A stretch of 44,353 bases of DNA from a virus (lineage: Duplodnaviria; Caudoviricetes): the IMG/VR virus record IMGVR_UViG_3300017766_001190, positions 1-44,353 of that record. One strand, written 5' to 3'. The translations under genes were made by a program, and so were the position numbers. Shown here piece by piece: positions 26,701 through 36,321 of this stretch (position 1 is the first letter of the stretch; every line of letters begins with the position of its first letter). The notes under the pieces were generated by a model. It was not told where the DNA came from. It ran no database searches and saw nothing but the letters and a program-made list of their open reading frames with translations.

Positions 26701-28275
26701 TTAGACATAAACTATGTTTACAGCAAAGTTGTTTAGTTGAATAATCTCATTCATCTCGACATAAATATCTGAATCTAAGTTATCTACAGTAGCAAATCTA
26801 ACCTCGTTTAATGAAAAGATAGTTCTAGTTAATTCAGATAGTACTAATGATTTTCCAAAATCAAAATTATCTACATTGAAGAATTCTAGTATTTTGTTTC
26901 TAACTAAACCTTTGATTATTTCTTCTTTTACTTTTAATTCTCTATCAATTCTAACACTAACAATTAAATCTAGAGTTCTAATTAAACCATCAACTATTAC
27001 GGCTTTTGTGTTCATTAGTCTTAATGGCTCTATAGCATTTAATAATTCAGCTTTAAATGATATCGTGGCTTGCTGTAACTGAGTATTAGACGCTTTCTGT
27101 AATAGATAGACATCGACTATGTTAGCTGATCCATAGGCTGTGCGTGTAGCGGCTCTGGCCTTGCCTGTGGAGCCTGTTGTGCCAACAAATGAGTTGGCAT
27201 ACGAGGTGAAGTCCTCTAGCGTTACAAGCCTGTCCTGACGCTTGAAGGTATATGGGGCGTACTTCTTAGCGTGTTCAATAGTCTCCGCATCTTGACCGCC
27301 AGTAGCTAAACTTATATTTTTAAGAGTTCCTAAAAATCCTTCATCGGTAGTTATTTGTGTGTTAATAACATTAGATCTTATGTTTCCTCTTGTACCACCA
27401 CCAACTCTATAAGTAATTGTGTAAGTAGAGTTTATATCAGGAGAATAACCTAATATTCCATCGCCAAACAAAACTTCAGCTCTCAAATCATCATCATAGG
27501 TAACTTGAAAAATCTTATCGCTTGCACCAGAAGCAAAGTATAAACTGTCTACCGCCCTCCAAGCGCCTGAAGTTCCTAATCCTTGATTTATAAAAACTTG
27601 AACGCTGTTCTGAATTACAGGGAACTGAGATAGGTTTACTGTTTTAAGAGTCTGAACCTGATTAAATGTTCCTGTTTCTATAACAAGAGAACCCTCAATC
27701 AGGGCTAAATTAGACCAAACAGAACTTGCTGAACTATCACTTTCAGAAACATTTAATGCTATGGAGTTATCTGGAGAAACTGTATCTACTTGACCATTTA
27801 CTACTTTATAAAGAGTAAAGTTTAGTGGTCCACCATCTTCAGGAGATGCAATTGTTACAACTCTTTTATCTACTGGAATAGTTATTTGGGAAGCAGTAGC
27901 TGGGGTATTTAAAGTATATCTAGCATTAGCAGCAGCACCTATTGGACCTTTCATTGACACTCCAATAAGCTCTAATAACTTGCGAACATTGTTTCTATTC
28001 TTAGCTGTAGTTAGATAAGCTTCTTGTGCTAATATATCAGTTTTAAGAGAATTAACAGCACCCATGTAAGCTACTAGTTCTATTAGCATCATTCCTAAGT
28101 CAGATTCAACGAAGTTCTGATAATCTAATGGATATACTGCTTTGATATAATCAATCATTCGATTTCTTAGACTCAAGAAATCTGTAGCAGCATAATCAAT
28201 AAATTGATCTTTTTTATTGTCTGGTAATTCTACCAGTTTCATGAAATCTGAACTTGCGTTTCCAGTGAATGCCAT
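26701..28275 (-). CDS. gp6: Baseplate wedge subunit, T4 gp6 / P2 gpJ-like
   Basis: Motifs DFLSLR, SDLGMMLIELVAY, EAYLTTA, FGDGILG, YRVGGG..GN and GGQDAETIE.AK..AP...QDRLVTLEDF. Confidence 0.92.
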   Translation of the reverse strand: MAFTGNASSDFMKLVELPDNKKDQFIDYAATDFLSLRNRMIDYIKAVYPLDYQNFVESDLGMMLIELVAYMGAVNSLKTDILAQEAYLTTAKNRNNVRKLLELIGVSMKGPIGAAANARYTLNTPATASQITIPVDKRVVTIASPEDGGPLNFTLYKVVNGQVDTVSPDNSIALNVSESDSSASSVWSNLALIEGSLVIETGTFNQVQTLKTVNLSQFPVIQNSVQVFINQGLGTSGAWRAVDSLYFASGASDKIFQVTYDDDLRAEVLFGDGILGYSPDINSTYTITYRVGGGTRGNIRSNVINTQITTDEGFLGTLKNISLATGGQDAETIEHAKKYAPYTFKRQDRLVTLEDFTSYANSFVGTTGSTGKARAATRTAYGSANIVDVYLLQKASNTQLQQATISFKAELLNAIEPLRLMNTKAVIVDGLIRTLDLIVSVRIDRELKVKEEIIKGLVRNKILEFFNVDNFDFGKSLVLSELTRTIFSLNEVRFATVDNLDSDIYVEMNEIIQLNNFAVNIVYV

Positions 28276-28721
28276 TATTTAATCTCTATGCTTGTTTCTA
28301 TTAAACTACTTGGGTCTTCTTTAATTCTTACAACTAAAGTAACTAAGAATCCTGCTAACCCATCTAAATTTACATCTTCAGTATTTACTACTGATAGTTT
28401 TACTACTTCAACTGTAGGTAAATATCTGGTTATAGAAGTCATTATTTGATTTTTAACTTGATTAAATAAAGACTGATCTAAAGGTTCGAATAAGTATCTC
28501 TTAAGGCTACAACCAAAATTAGGTAACATGACTCTTTCACCTAGTTCTGTTTTAAGTAATTGAGTTAAATTAGATCTAACTAAAGTATTTCCAGATTGTT
28601 TGGAAAAATAACCACCTGTTCCACCTAATGGGTAAGATAAGCCATAGAACTTAGTGTCTATGACTTTAATGTCACTTTTAATAGATCTGGATATGTTTTT
28701 TCCGTATACTGAAACAGCCAT
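28275..28721 (-). CDS. gp25: Baseplate wedge subunit, T4 gp25 family
   Basis: NLTQLLKTELGERVMLPNFGCSLKRYLFEP motif. Confidence 0.93.
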   Translation of the reverse strand: MAVSVYGKNISRSIKSDIKVIDTKFYGLSYPLGGTGGYFSKQSGNTLVRSNLTQLLKTELGERVMLPNFGCSLKRYLFEPLDQSLFNQVKNQIMTSITRYLPTVEVVKLSVVNTEDVNLDGLAGFLVTLVVRIKEDPSSLIETSIEIK

Positions 28722-31351
28722 TATATGTCTATGTTCTTAAAGAACCCTGATTGGTTAGTGTAATTACTTAAAACCTCACTACTATTTAGTGCTCTAGAGT
28801 AGAATTTAAAACTACCAACGTGACCTTTTAGACCACTATCTAATCCAGAGTTATCACCCATGAATCCTCCAAGATTAAATGCACCATCGGTAAATCCTCC
28901 TCCAATCATCCAAGGTGTAAAGCTGGTAACTCTCGGTCCTTGCTCAAATATTGCTAATCCAGTAGTGGAAGTATTATAATTAAAGCTATTAACTTTAGCA
29001 AATGAAGGTATCTTAGGAGCAGTAAAGTCAGGGCATCCAAAGACCTGAGGAATGGACGATGTAACCATTAAAGTTCCGTCCAAATAAATCTTAATATTGT
29101 TTTCTTTAGGAGCAGTTACAATAGAAACGTGTACGAATGTGGATGATGCATCACTAAACTTCTTCCCATTAACTTCCGTAGTTATAGGAATGGAGCATTT
29201 GTGAATTGAATACGCTGAAGTAGAACAATCTATTCCTATTGTGTTTCTTATAAATGTAACATCTGAAGTGTTTACTGATCTAGTTGGAGCGATATAGAAG
29301 TGGACTCCAGATGCAACTAAAGGATTTTGAGAAGTAGTATTAGATGGGATTAAGTCACTTACTATTTGTCTATCTCTGGTAAATCCACAAACTAAACCTC
29401 TAACAGAATCAGCACCATAGTCTACCTGTGCATAAGCTGCATCAGTTGCTACGCTTTCTCCACCAGTGTTTTCACATCCGAAAACTATTCTATGGAAGTT
29501 TTGTCTTCCCCAAGCTGAACCTAGTTGAGTCGTATTAGATGATGTAAGTAGATCAGGCATATGAATCCAGAAATCTACTGTGCATCCCTCATTGCTATAG
29601 AATAGGTTCTGATACTCTTTTATGTTAGGAAGTTGTATTATTGATCCAAGACCATTAGGGTTATTAGTAGAAGCATCTAGTGTAACCATTCCTTGTAAGT
29701 ATGGAATACCTAATCCTTTAGTAAAAACTCTATCAGGTGATGTTGCGTATAGCTGTGCAGCTTTGTCGTTATTGGTTTTAGAAATACAGTTTAATGTAGT
29801 ATAAGTAGTAGATCCGGGTGTAGTAACGTCAGATTCTAAGAAGTTGTATATTGCTATTAAACCATCTGTAACTACAGAATCTGTTAGACTTAGAACTGTT
29901 CCAGATGTAGATCCTTCATCATAAATAATAGATCCATTTCCTATTGGTGGAACAACTAAATGAGATAGTGTAGCCACTCCTTCGCCTTCAGCAGCTTTTA
30001 CATATTTAGGCTGTAAAGGTAATACAACTCCAGATACTTCTGCTTGTTTGAACATTAATTTGTTCTGTGTTTCATAAGCAGCCGCTAGATTAATTTTTGA
30101 TAAGTAACTAAAATCGTTGATAGGTACTTCACCAAAATTAAATACTTTCTTTCCACCAAGAACAGTGGGAGCTTTTACAGCAATCTCAATTTGCTTCTTT
30201 CTTTTATTTATTTTCTTGTTATGTTGTGAAGCAACAGAGTAAATCTGCTGTCTCATATTTTCAACCATGGCTGAATCCTCTGTGTATCCAGAGTCAATTA
30301 ATGATTGAACTTGACCTGATAAAGTGTACAGATTTCTATGTTTTTGTCCTAGAAGGACTTGTAGAAAGTGATCTGCGTTATAGTGAGTCTGTAGATCTAA
30401 GCTATCATCTATAACATTAGGATCAAATAGAGTATCTACATACTGATTTATGTCTTCTAGAGAGACAAGATCGCCCTTACCACCAAGATTTGAAGGGTAT
30501 TTAAATTGATATCTTTCAGATGCTACTATTGTTCCATTTACCTCAGGTAATCCTCCTTTTTGAGAATCGTAATAAAGTCCGTCTACCGAATATAGGAATT
30601 GACCTGACTTAGATTTAGGAGGACCAAATACGAGTCTGAATACTTCTACTTGTTCAGGAGTTGTAACGCTTGAGAAGTAAAGTGGAGAATCTTGATCTAA
30701 GAATGTTGGGTCTATTATTGGTTCATTTGTAGGATCTTGTAGTCTTGCAAGGATAATACTATTAATGTTAGATATGGTTTCATCAGCTCTTCTAATGAAA
30801 TCCTGAGTATCCCTTATTATTAGCATATCACCCTCAAACTGAGCTAAATTTTGTTCAGCCGTATTTAATTGGAATGATTGACCCTTCTCAGATTTAAGAG
30901 TTTGAACGAAACCGTTAATACAGTTATAAATACCTTGAATTTGATCATAGGTATCCATAACATTAGTGTATAGGTCAGCACCAAACTGAGCAGCAGCGGC
31001 AGCAGCCTCTACGAAATCACCTAGTTCCTCTAAACCATTCCCAGCCTCTAATTTATTATCAGAAGAGTCAGATACGAATCTTATAGTTCCACCGTCCGTA
31101 TCTATTTCTATGATTCCATTCTCCATTAGAATCTTCTTCTTATACTTAGCCATGCTATTTGAGGCTAATCTTCTGCCCTCTTCTATTCTTTTGTTTATTG
31201 GCATTAAAACAGCAGTGGGAAGTAATTCTAATGCGCCTTTCGCTAATCCAAGTAAACAGTCTGGAACTCCAAATTGAGTACCTACGGAGTCTAAAAAGTC
31301 TCCTCCCCCTGAAAATACTCTAGTTGCGGTGTTTAAGTCTAAACTTGCCAT
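28721..31351 (-). CDS. Baseplate-associated protein with C-terminal LamG/concanavalin-A-like domain
   Basis: GLIAIYNF, CTVDFWI, FVHVSIV...IKIYLDG, WMIGG and GHVGSFKFYSRALNSSEV..NY are LamG hallmarks. The N-terminal half looks helical. Confidence 0.72.
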   Translation of the reverse strand: MASLDLNTATRVFSGGGDFLDSVGTQFGVPDCLLGLAKGALELLPTAVLMPINKRIEEGRRLASNSMAKYKKKILMENGIIEIDTDGGTIRFVSDSSDNKLEAGNGLEELGDFVEAAAAAAQFGADLYTNVMDTYDQIQGIYNCINGFVQTLKSEKGQSFQLNTAEQNLAQFEGDMLIIRDTQDFIRRADETISNINSIILARLQDPTNEPIIDPTFLDQDSPLYFSSVTTPEQVEVFRLVFGPPKSKSGQFLYSVDGLYYDSQKGGLPEVNGTIVASERYQFKYPSNLGGKGDLVSLEDINQYVDTLFDPNVIDDSLDLQTHYNADHFLQVLLGQKHRNLYTLSGQVQSLIDSGYTEDSAMVENMRQQIYSVASQHNKKINKRKKQIEIAVKAPTVLGGKKVFNFGEVPINDFSYLSKINLAAAYETQNKLMFKQAEVSGVVLPLQPKYVKAAEGEGVATLSHLVVPPIGNGSIIYDEGSTSGTVLSLTDSVVTDGLIAIYNFLESDVTTPGSTTYTTLNCISKTNNDKAAQLYATSPDRVFTKGLGIPYLQGMVTLDASTNNPNGLGSIIQLPNIKEYQNLFYSNEGCTVDFWIHMPDLLTSSNTTQLGSAWGRQNFHRIVFGCENTGGESVATDAAYAQVDYGADSVRGLVCGFTRDRQIVSDLIPSNTTSQNPLVASGVHFYIAPTRSVNTSDVTFIRNTIGIDCSTSAYSIHKCSIPITTEVNGKKFSDASSTFVHVSIVTAPKENNIKIYLDGTLMVTSSIPQVFGCPDFTAPKIPSFAKVNSFNYNTSTTGLAIFEQGPRVTSFTPWMIGGGFTDGAFNLGGFMGDNSGLDSGLKGHVGSFKFYSRALNSSEVLSNYTNQSGFFKNIDI

Positions 31352-31352
31352 T

Positions 31353-32249
31353 TTAGTTTAAGTTAATTATAACTCCCTGTATATCTACGTTACCAGTTGG
31401 AGAAAGAATACTTACTCCTTGATTACCAAATATCTCAACTGTACCAGCGGATTGAAGAGCGATTTTACTTGCTGCCCCAACAGTTTGTACTACAACTGCT
31501 CCTTCAGTGGCTAAAGAAGTTACATTTACATCCCCAAATGTGGAGGTTATATTTATGTTTCCCGGTCTTGTATCTCCCGGTCCTAAACCATTCATTCCAG
31601 TAGACTTATTTTCTATATTTAATTCAATTCCATCCACTACAGTTAAATTCATTGTCCCGTTTCTGGATATAACATCTACGTTACCTAAACATTCTATTTG
31701 AATACACCTGCCACCCATTGTAGCACCCGGAACGGCATTTGAAGTTATTTTTACACCGTCTCCATGTTCATTTTCTATGTAAACAGAATCTACAGCGGGA
31801 GTATCTACCAATCTTACTGCTTTTCCAGTAGCAGACTCTAAAGATACGACAAAGTTATTTAACTTGGAACTACCCTCATTAGCAATTAATAATCCATTAC
31901 CGTTATCATCTTTTAAAGATATTCTCTTAGGAGTTCCATCGGCTCTATATAAATCTCTATCAGATAGTACTCCTCTACTTACTGGTTTATCTAGTGGATT
32001 AAATTTTTCAGATAAACTAATATCGGCTGTAGTTCCTAGGTAATACCAAGCTTGAGAATTAATTGGCTGACATATTAAAACTATGGCATTATCTGGAGGC
32101 AAAGAAATAAGTCCCCCCTCAGATTTACCTAAAAATGGGGAGGTGTATCTTACAGGATAAGGATTACCATCTGCGTTATCTCTAACGTAGATTGTTCCTT
32201 TTTCTAATATGTCAGATGTTGAATGTACTTGTGCTATTTTTATATTCAT
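31353..32249 (-). CDS. Baseplate central spike (gp5/gpV/VgrG-like; OB-fold plus beta-helix, no lysozyme domain)
   Basis: VRYTSPF...GLISLPP..AIVLI...WYYLG OB-fold pattern, beta-strand repeats, and C-terminal VDIQGVIINLN. Confidence 0.7.
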   Translation of the reverse strand: MNIKIAQVHSTSDILEKGTIYVRDNADGNPYPVRYTSPFLGKSEGGLISLPPDNAIVLICQPINSQAWYYLGTTADISLSEKFNPLDKPVSRGVLSDRDLYRADGTPKRISLKDDNGNGLLIANEGSSKLNNFVVSLESATGKAVRLVDTPAVDSVYIENEHGDGVKITSNAVPGATMGGRCIQIECLGNVDVISRNGTMNLTVVDGIELNIENKSTGMNGLGPGDTRPGNINITSTFGDVNVTSLATEGAVVVQTVGAASKIALQSAGTVEIFGNQGVSILSPTGNVDIQGVIINLN

Positions 32250-32252
32250 GAT

Positions 32253-35201
32253 TTAGTATTGGAAATCGTCTCTCTGACCAGTTTGTTTTCTTACTATTTT
32301 GTATGGTAATGGACTCGTTGTGGGTTGTCTTACTAGAGAAAATGTAGAGGATATATCAGTTTCGGATATAACGTGTTTAAATCCCACAAGATTCCATAAT
32401 CCTGAGAATAGTGCTCTATTTATATCATTATCCACTACATTTTTTCTTTCATATGCAGGTTGATCATATGGATTGCTTTCATTAATTAATAAGTAAATTG
32501 GATAATTCATAACGTGAGCAATCTTACTAATTTTAAAGAATGGTAATGTTTTAATTGTACCATTAAATGGTTTACTATTCAAATCCAAAATCATTTGCAT
32601 CTGTTTAGTTTGAACTTGATCTTTTAAAAGTTCATTTACTGTATACGTTCTTCCACCTACAGTTGTGCTTTGTAAGTTATTTATAATCATATTAAACAGA
32701 ATGGACTCTTTTATTAATCCTTCTTTATTTAATTGTCTATATGGTTCACCTTGTATAGATGCTGATCCTTCAGCAGCTAATTTAGCTAGTATATGCGGAT
32801 TATTTTTTGGACTAGTCGCATCAGCGACTAAAGATTCAAAGAAGTAGTCTAAGCGGTTACGGTAATTGTCCAGTTTTTGAGCTTCTTCAAATTGTTTTTT
32901 TAAGTTATAAAGGACTGTAGCATCTCTAAAATTATACTTAGGTTTAACATTAAATAATGATGGTACTACTTTACCTCTTAGAAGAGTGTAATATGAAGAG
33001 TCTATAGAGAAATTTAAAGATAGTACGTTTGAATTTGATGTATTATGCTTAAATACAGGAATTAAAAGTTTAGTCCTGTCTGATCTCTTTTCGTTTTGAT
33101 AAACATATTCATCTGGCAATGAGTACAGTAAATTCTCATAATAATCTAAATTAGTTGTTCCATCTGCACTGATCTTAAAATTTATAAGATCACTCATTTT
33201 ATTTCTAAATTCGCTATTTAATAAAAAATCGTTAAATGGGCTTTCATATCTTCCAAAAGAATACCCTACATTTGCATTAGATAATTTATTACAGTAGAAT
33301 AAGTTAGATATTACTCTTCTTTCTCCAAAAATAACTATCGGATAATTTATATCAATATATCCATTATAGAAATTAATTGGAGATATTTCCTCTAGTAAGC
33401 TTCTAACTTTTATATCTGTTTCAATACATAGATCAAATTCTTGCATAGAAATATCACTATTTCTACGAAGACCTTTTTCAAGTCTAGTTATTGCTTCAGA
33501 TGCCGTTTCATTAGAATTAGTAGAGAACTGTACTGCTAAAGATCCTGTTGTAATACTTCTTAAGAATTCATTATTCTTAAACTTTATATAAACATTACCT
33601 ATTGGACCTTCTGATTTTTGGCTAGTTGGTGTAGAGGCTATTTTATCAGCTATTATTCTTTCTTGGACACCAGAAATAACCTCTCCTATATTCTTGAAAT
33701 CTTTTATTACTTCCTCTTGCTCCTCTTCATCTAATTGACTAACATCTCCTCCAAGAAGTGGTCCTCCCAAAGCCTGATGTATTTTTAAAAACTGTTCTCT
33801 TGTAACAGGATCCTTAAGATCTACTCCTTCTTGGCTTACATAGTTATTAAAATTACTTTCTGCTGCTTCTAATTCTCTCTTTAGTGGAAAAGAACTTTCT
33901 AAAAGATCTTCATAAGATATTGGAGGTGCTCCGGGTACTGAAGTAGCCGATTCTCTAATTGCTTGTCCAAATATTTCATCTATCAAATCACTAGTTACTT
34001 GTTTAACAGGAGTTTTGTTTTTTGGATCTGAGTAAGTAACCCTCATTCCTAGATCTTCTAATATCAGTAATCTAGAATGATATTCTGGATACATATTTAA
34101 AGTAGTTGCTTTAATAGATGCTAAATATGTATCAAAATATTCTTTCTTAGCAACATCTATATTTGGAAGTAGTACAAGAACATTTGATTCTGGAACACTT
34201 AATGCTTTTGAAATAAAAGACTGGATTGTCTTGCAAATAGGATCATTTATTTTTGAATCTAAAGAAAAGTTAGATGTTCCAACTATGTTTGCACCTAATG
34301 CTACAGCAGTTTCTTTTTCTTTTGCATTTGGTAAATTAGTGTCTAATGATGTGTATTTTATAACAAATCGTCTTGAAGATCCTTCTCCGTCATACTTATA
34401 TTCAATTCCTAGTAACTGAGCATATACTGGACCTGCCCAAGAGTTAACATTATCTCCTACTCCATAGAAAAAGTATACATCTGGAACAGACACTCCTTGT
34501 AATGCTTGAATTTGTCTCTGAATAAAATCTTGCTCATCCTGAAGGGATTTAAGTATAGGATCAAATAATTCAGATATTAATGCCTCTTTTTCAGTCTTTA
34601 GTTGTAAAGATTTTTCTACTTTTGCTAAATCCGTAAATTGATTATCAAAAGGCAATTTATCAATTTGACTAGTTAGATCATTTATTTTAGGTATAGATTC
34701 TTCTATTTTTTGTTTATTTTTTTGTATTGCTCTATTTATAGATTCTACTGGATTAGTTACTCCAAAACTTTTAAAGAATTTTGGTGGACTTCCTGAAATC
34801 TCAGTACCTACTCTATAAATATCACTATATGTATTGAGATTGTTCATATCTCTTTTACTTATATCCAGAAATCTACCTACTAATTCATTATAAAGTTCTA
34901 CTACCTGTTTATTATCTCCGACTAATGATTTAGCTGCAATACTAAGTAAGTGGGACTCAAACTGAGAAAGAGGATCTAATAATTCAAGAGTTATTTTTAA
35001 ATCCTTACCTATGGCATTTCCTTGATATCCTAAACATTCATGAGTAAAAGATAATATTGGAAACTCTTTACTATCTAAAAGAATATCTCCTGACTGAATT
35101 GCCTTATCTATAATTGTTTCATTGCTTTCATTTATTACTTCTTGAATTTTAGAAGTATTTAAAACTGCAATAACACCGACTGAAGGAACTGAAGTATTCA
35201 T
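32253..35201 (-). CDS. Large putative baseplate hub protein (gp27-like position)
   Basis: 982 aa between the LysM-like and spike genes. The C-terminal GTIKTLPFF...FSGLWNLVGFKHVIS....STFSLVR resembles hub C-termini. Confidence 0.55.
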   Translation of the reverse strand: MNTSVPSVGVIAVLNTSKIQEVINESNETIIDKAIQSGDILLDSKEFPILSFTHECLGYQGNAIGKDLKITLELLDPLSQFESHLLSIAAKSLVGDNKQVVELYNELVGRFLDISKRDMNNLNTYSDIYRVGTEISGSPPKFFKSFGVTNPVESINRAIQKNKQKIEESIPKINDLTSQIDKLPFDNQFTDLAKVEKSLQLKTEKEALISELFDPILKSLQDEQDFIQRQIQALQGVSVPDVYFFYGVGDNVNSWAGPVYAQLLGIEYKYDGEGSSRRFVIKYTSLDTNLPNAKEKETAVALGANIVGTSNFSLDSKINDPICKTIQSFISKALSVPESNVLVLLPNIDVAKKEYFDTYLASIKATTLNMYPEYHSRLLILEDLGMRVTYSDPKNKTPVKQVTSDLIDEIFGQAIRESATSVPGAPPISYEDLLESSFPLKRELEAAESNFNNYVSQEGVDLKDPVTREQFLKIHQALGGPLLGGDVSQLDEEEQEEVIKDFKNIGEVISGVQERIIADKIASTPTSQKSEGPIGNVYIKFKNNEFLRSITTGSLAVQFSTNSNETASEAITRLEKGLRRNSDISMQEFDLCIETDIKVRSLLEEISPINFYNGYIDINYPIVIFGERRVISNLFYCNKLSNANVGYSFGRYESPFNDFLLNSEFRNKMSDLINFKISADGTTNLDYYENLLYSLPDEYVYQNEKRSDRTKLLIPVFKHNTSNSNVLSLNFSIDSSYYTLLRGKVVPSLFNVKPKYNFRDATVLYNLKKQFEEAQKLDNYRNRLDYFFESLVADATSPKNNPHILAKLAAEGSASIQGEPYRQLNKEGLIKESILFNMIINNLQSTTVGGRTYTVNELLKDQVQTKQMQMILDLNSKPFNGTIKTLPFFKISKIAHVMNYPIYLLINESNPYDQPAYERKNVVDNDINRALFSGLWNLVGFKHVISETDISSTFSLVRQPTTSPLPYKIVRKQTGQRDDFQY

Positions 35202-35491
35202 AGATTTGGTATTTTTATCTGATCTCCAGCATTTAAACCATTGAAAGGATCTGGTATATTATTTACAACTAAGATTAACCACCAATAAGAAGGGGTATTG
35301 TAAAATACATTAGAGATTATGTCAGGTCTATGTGCTGCTTCCACTGGAACATATCCTATAGTATAATCAAATTGATTATCTAATCTTCTAATAAAATCAT
35401 CGTAAGTAGTAGAACCAACAGGACTTGGAACTATCTTATCTTTATGATAATAATTAGTTTTACCTATGTTTAATATATTGTTTGATATCAT
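35198..35491 (-). CDS. gp53: Baseplate wedge LysM-like protein, T4 gp53 / P2 gpX family
   Basis: RPDIISNVFYNTPSYWWLILVVNNIPDPF..L.AGDQIKIP motif. Confidence 0.88.
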   Translation of the reverse strand: MISNNILNIGKTNYYHKDKIVPSPVGSTTYDDFIRRLDNQFDYTIGYVPVEAAHRPDIISNVFYNTPSYWWLILVVNNIPDPFNGLNAGDQIKIPNL

Positions 35492-35493
35492 GA

Positions 35494-36321
35494 TTATCTA
35501 ATTATTGGTAAAGGATCCATTGTATTAGGTCCACCATCAAATAATACTTCCCAACCTGCGATATTATCTCTCAATACTGGAGTTGCTTCTTTGTATTTTC
35601 CGAAGTTTCCTTGTCTTATTTCAATTAAATCAAGTTGAACATCTATGTCTCTGGGTAACATAGTATTTACATCATATCCACCATCTTCTGATTTAGATAT
35701 CTTGTATCCTGTACACAAGCATGGAACATCTTGATACATTATGCCATGAGTAAGCCTAAGTATTGGTGGACCTTGATACGGAGTTTTTGCACTATTAACA
35801 ACAGAAGCTCTTATTAAGTTTATCCAATATACTATAAAATTAATTGTTCTTGATAGTGTCGCACTATTGTTATTAAACCTAAGGGGGAAATATACGTTTG
35901 TTAGCCTATTTAACTCTTCTAGTTCTTTAGTATACTCTTTTGATGATTGATTTGGAATACTGTAATGTTTTTCACTGCTAGATTTATTTGGATCAAAAGA
36001 TTGTTGAGTTAATTTGTAGCTGTAACCATTTGGCATAGTCAAAGAGTATAAATTCTTAGAAACTTTTTCATGCACTAGTGGAGTAATGATTCTAAACTGT
36101 AAATTAAGACTTTTTGAATCAGATCCAATATAACTGTAAATTGGGCTAGATCTACTAACTGGTTCTGATTTAAGATAATTAGCCTTTCTAGTTTCAGATA
36201 TATCAATGTTATTAAAGAAAGGCAAAACTCTTAGTTCTCCATTAGGAAATTCAAAAGATAATTTACTTCTTTCTTCAATAAATGGATTAATTCTTGATGG
36301 GAAATTTACGCTTGCTGGCAT
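35494..36321 (-). CDS. Tail tube initiator / baseplate tube-cap-like protein
   Basis: ISETRKANY....RSSPIYSY..SDSKSLNLQF, PPILRLTHG, VPCLCTGY and LPRDIDVQLDL. It lies between the tape measure and LysM genes. Confidence 0.65.
   Translation of the reverse strand: MPASVNFPSRINPFIEERSKLSFEFPNGELRVLPFFNNIDISETRKANYLKSEPVSRSSPIYSYIGSDSKSLNLQFRIITPLVHEKVSKNLYSLTMPNGYSYKLTQQSFDPNKSSSEKHYSIPNQSSKEYTKELEELNRLTNVYFPLRFNNNSATLSRTINFIVYWINLIRASVVNSAKTPYQGPPILRLTHGIMYQDVPCLCTGYKISKSEDGGYDVNTMLPRDIDVQLDLIEIRQGNFGKYKEATPVLRDNIAGWEVLFDGGPNTMDPLPIIR

Noticed and set aside
26701-36321. Contractile injection system (T6SS/eCIS) interpretation of the PAAR, spike, gp25, gp6 and LysM genes
   Set aside because: Linked capsid, scaffold, prohead protease, neck, primase and UvsW-like genes indicate a bacteriophage.
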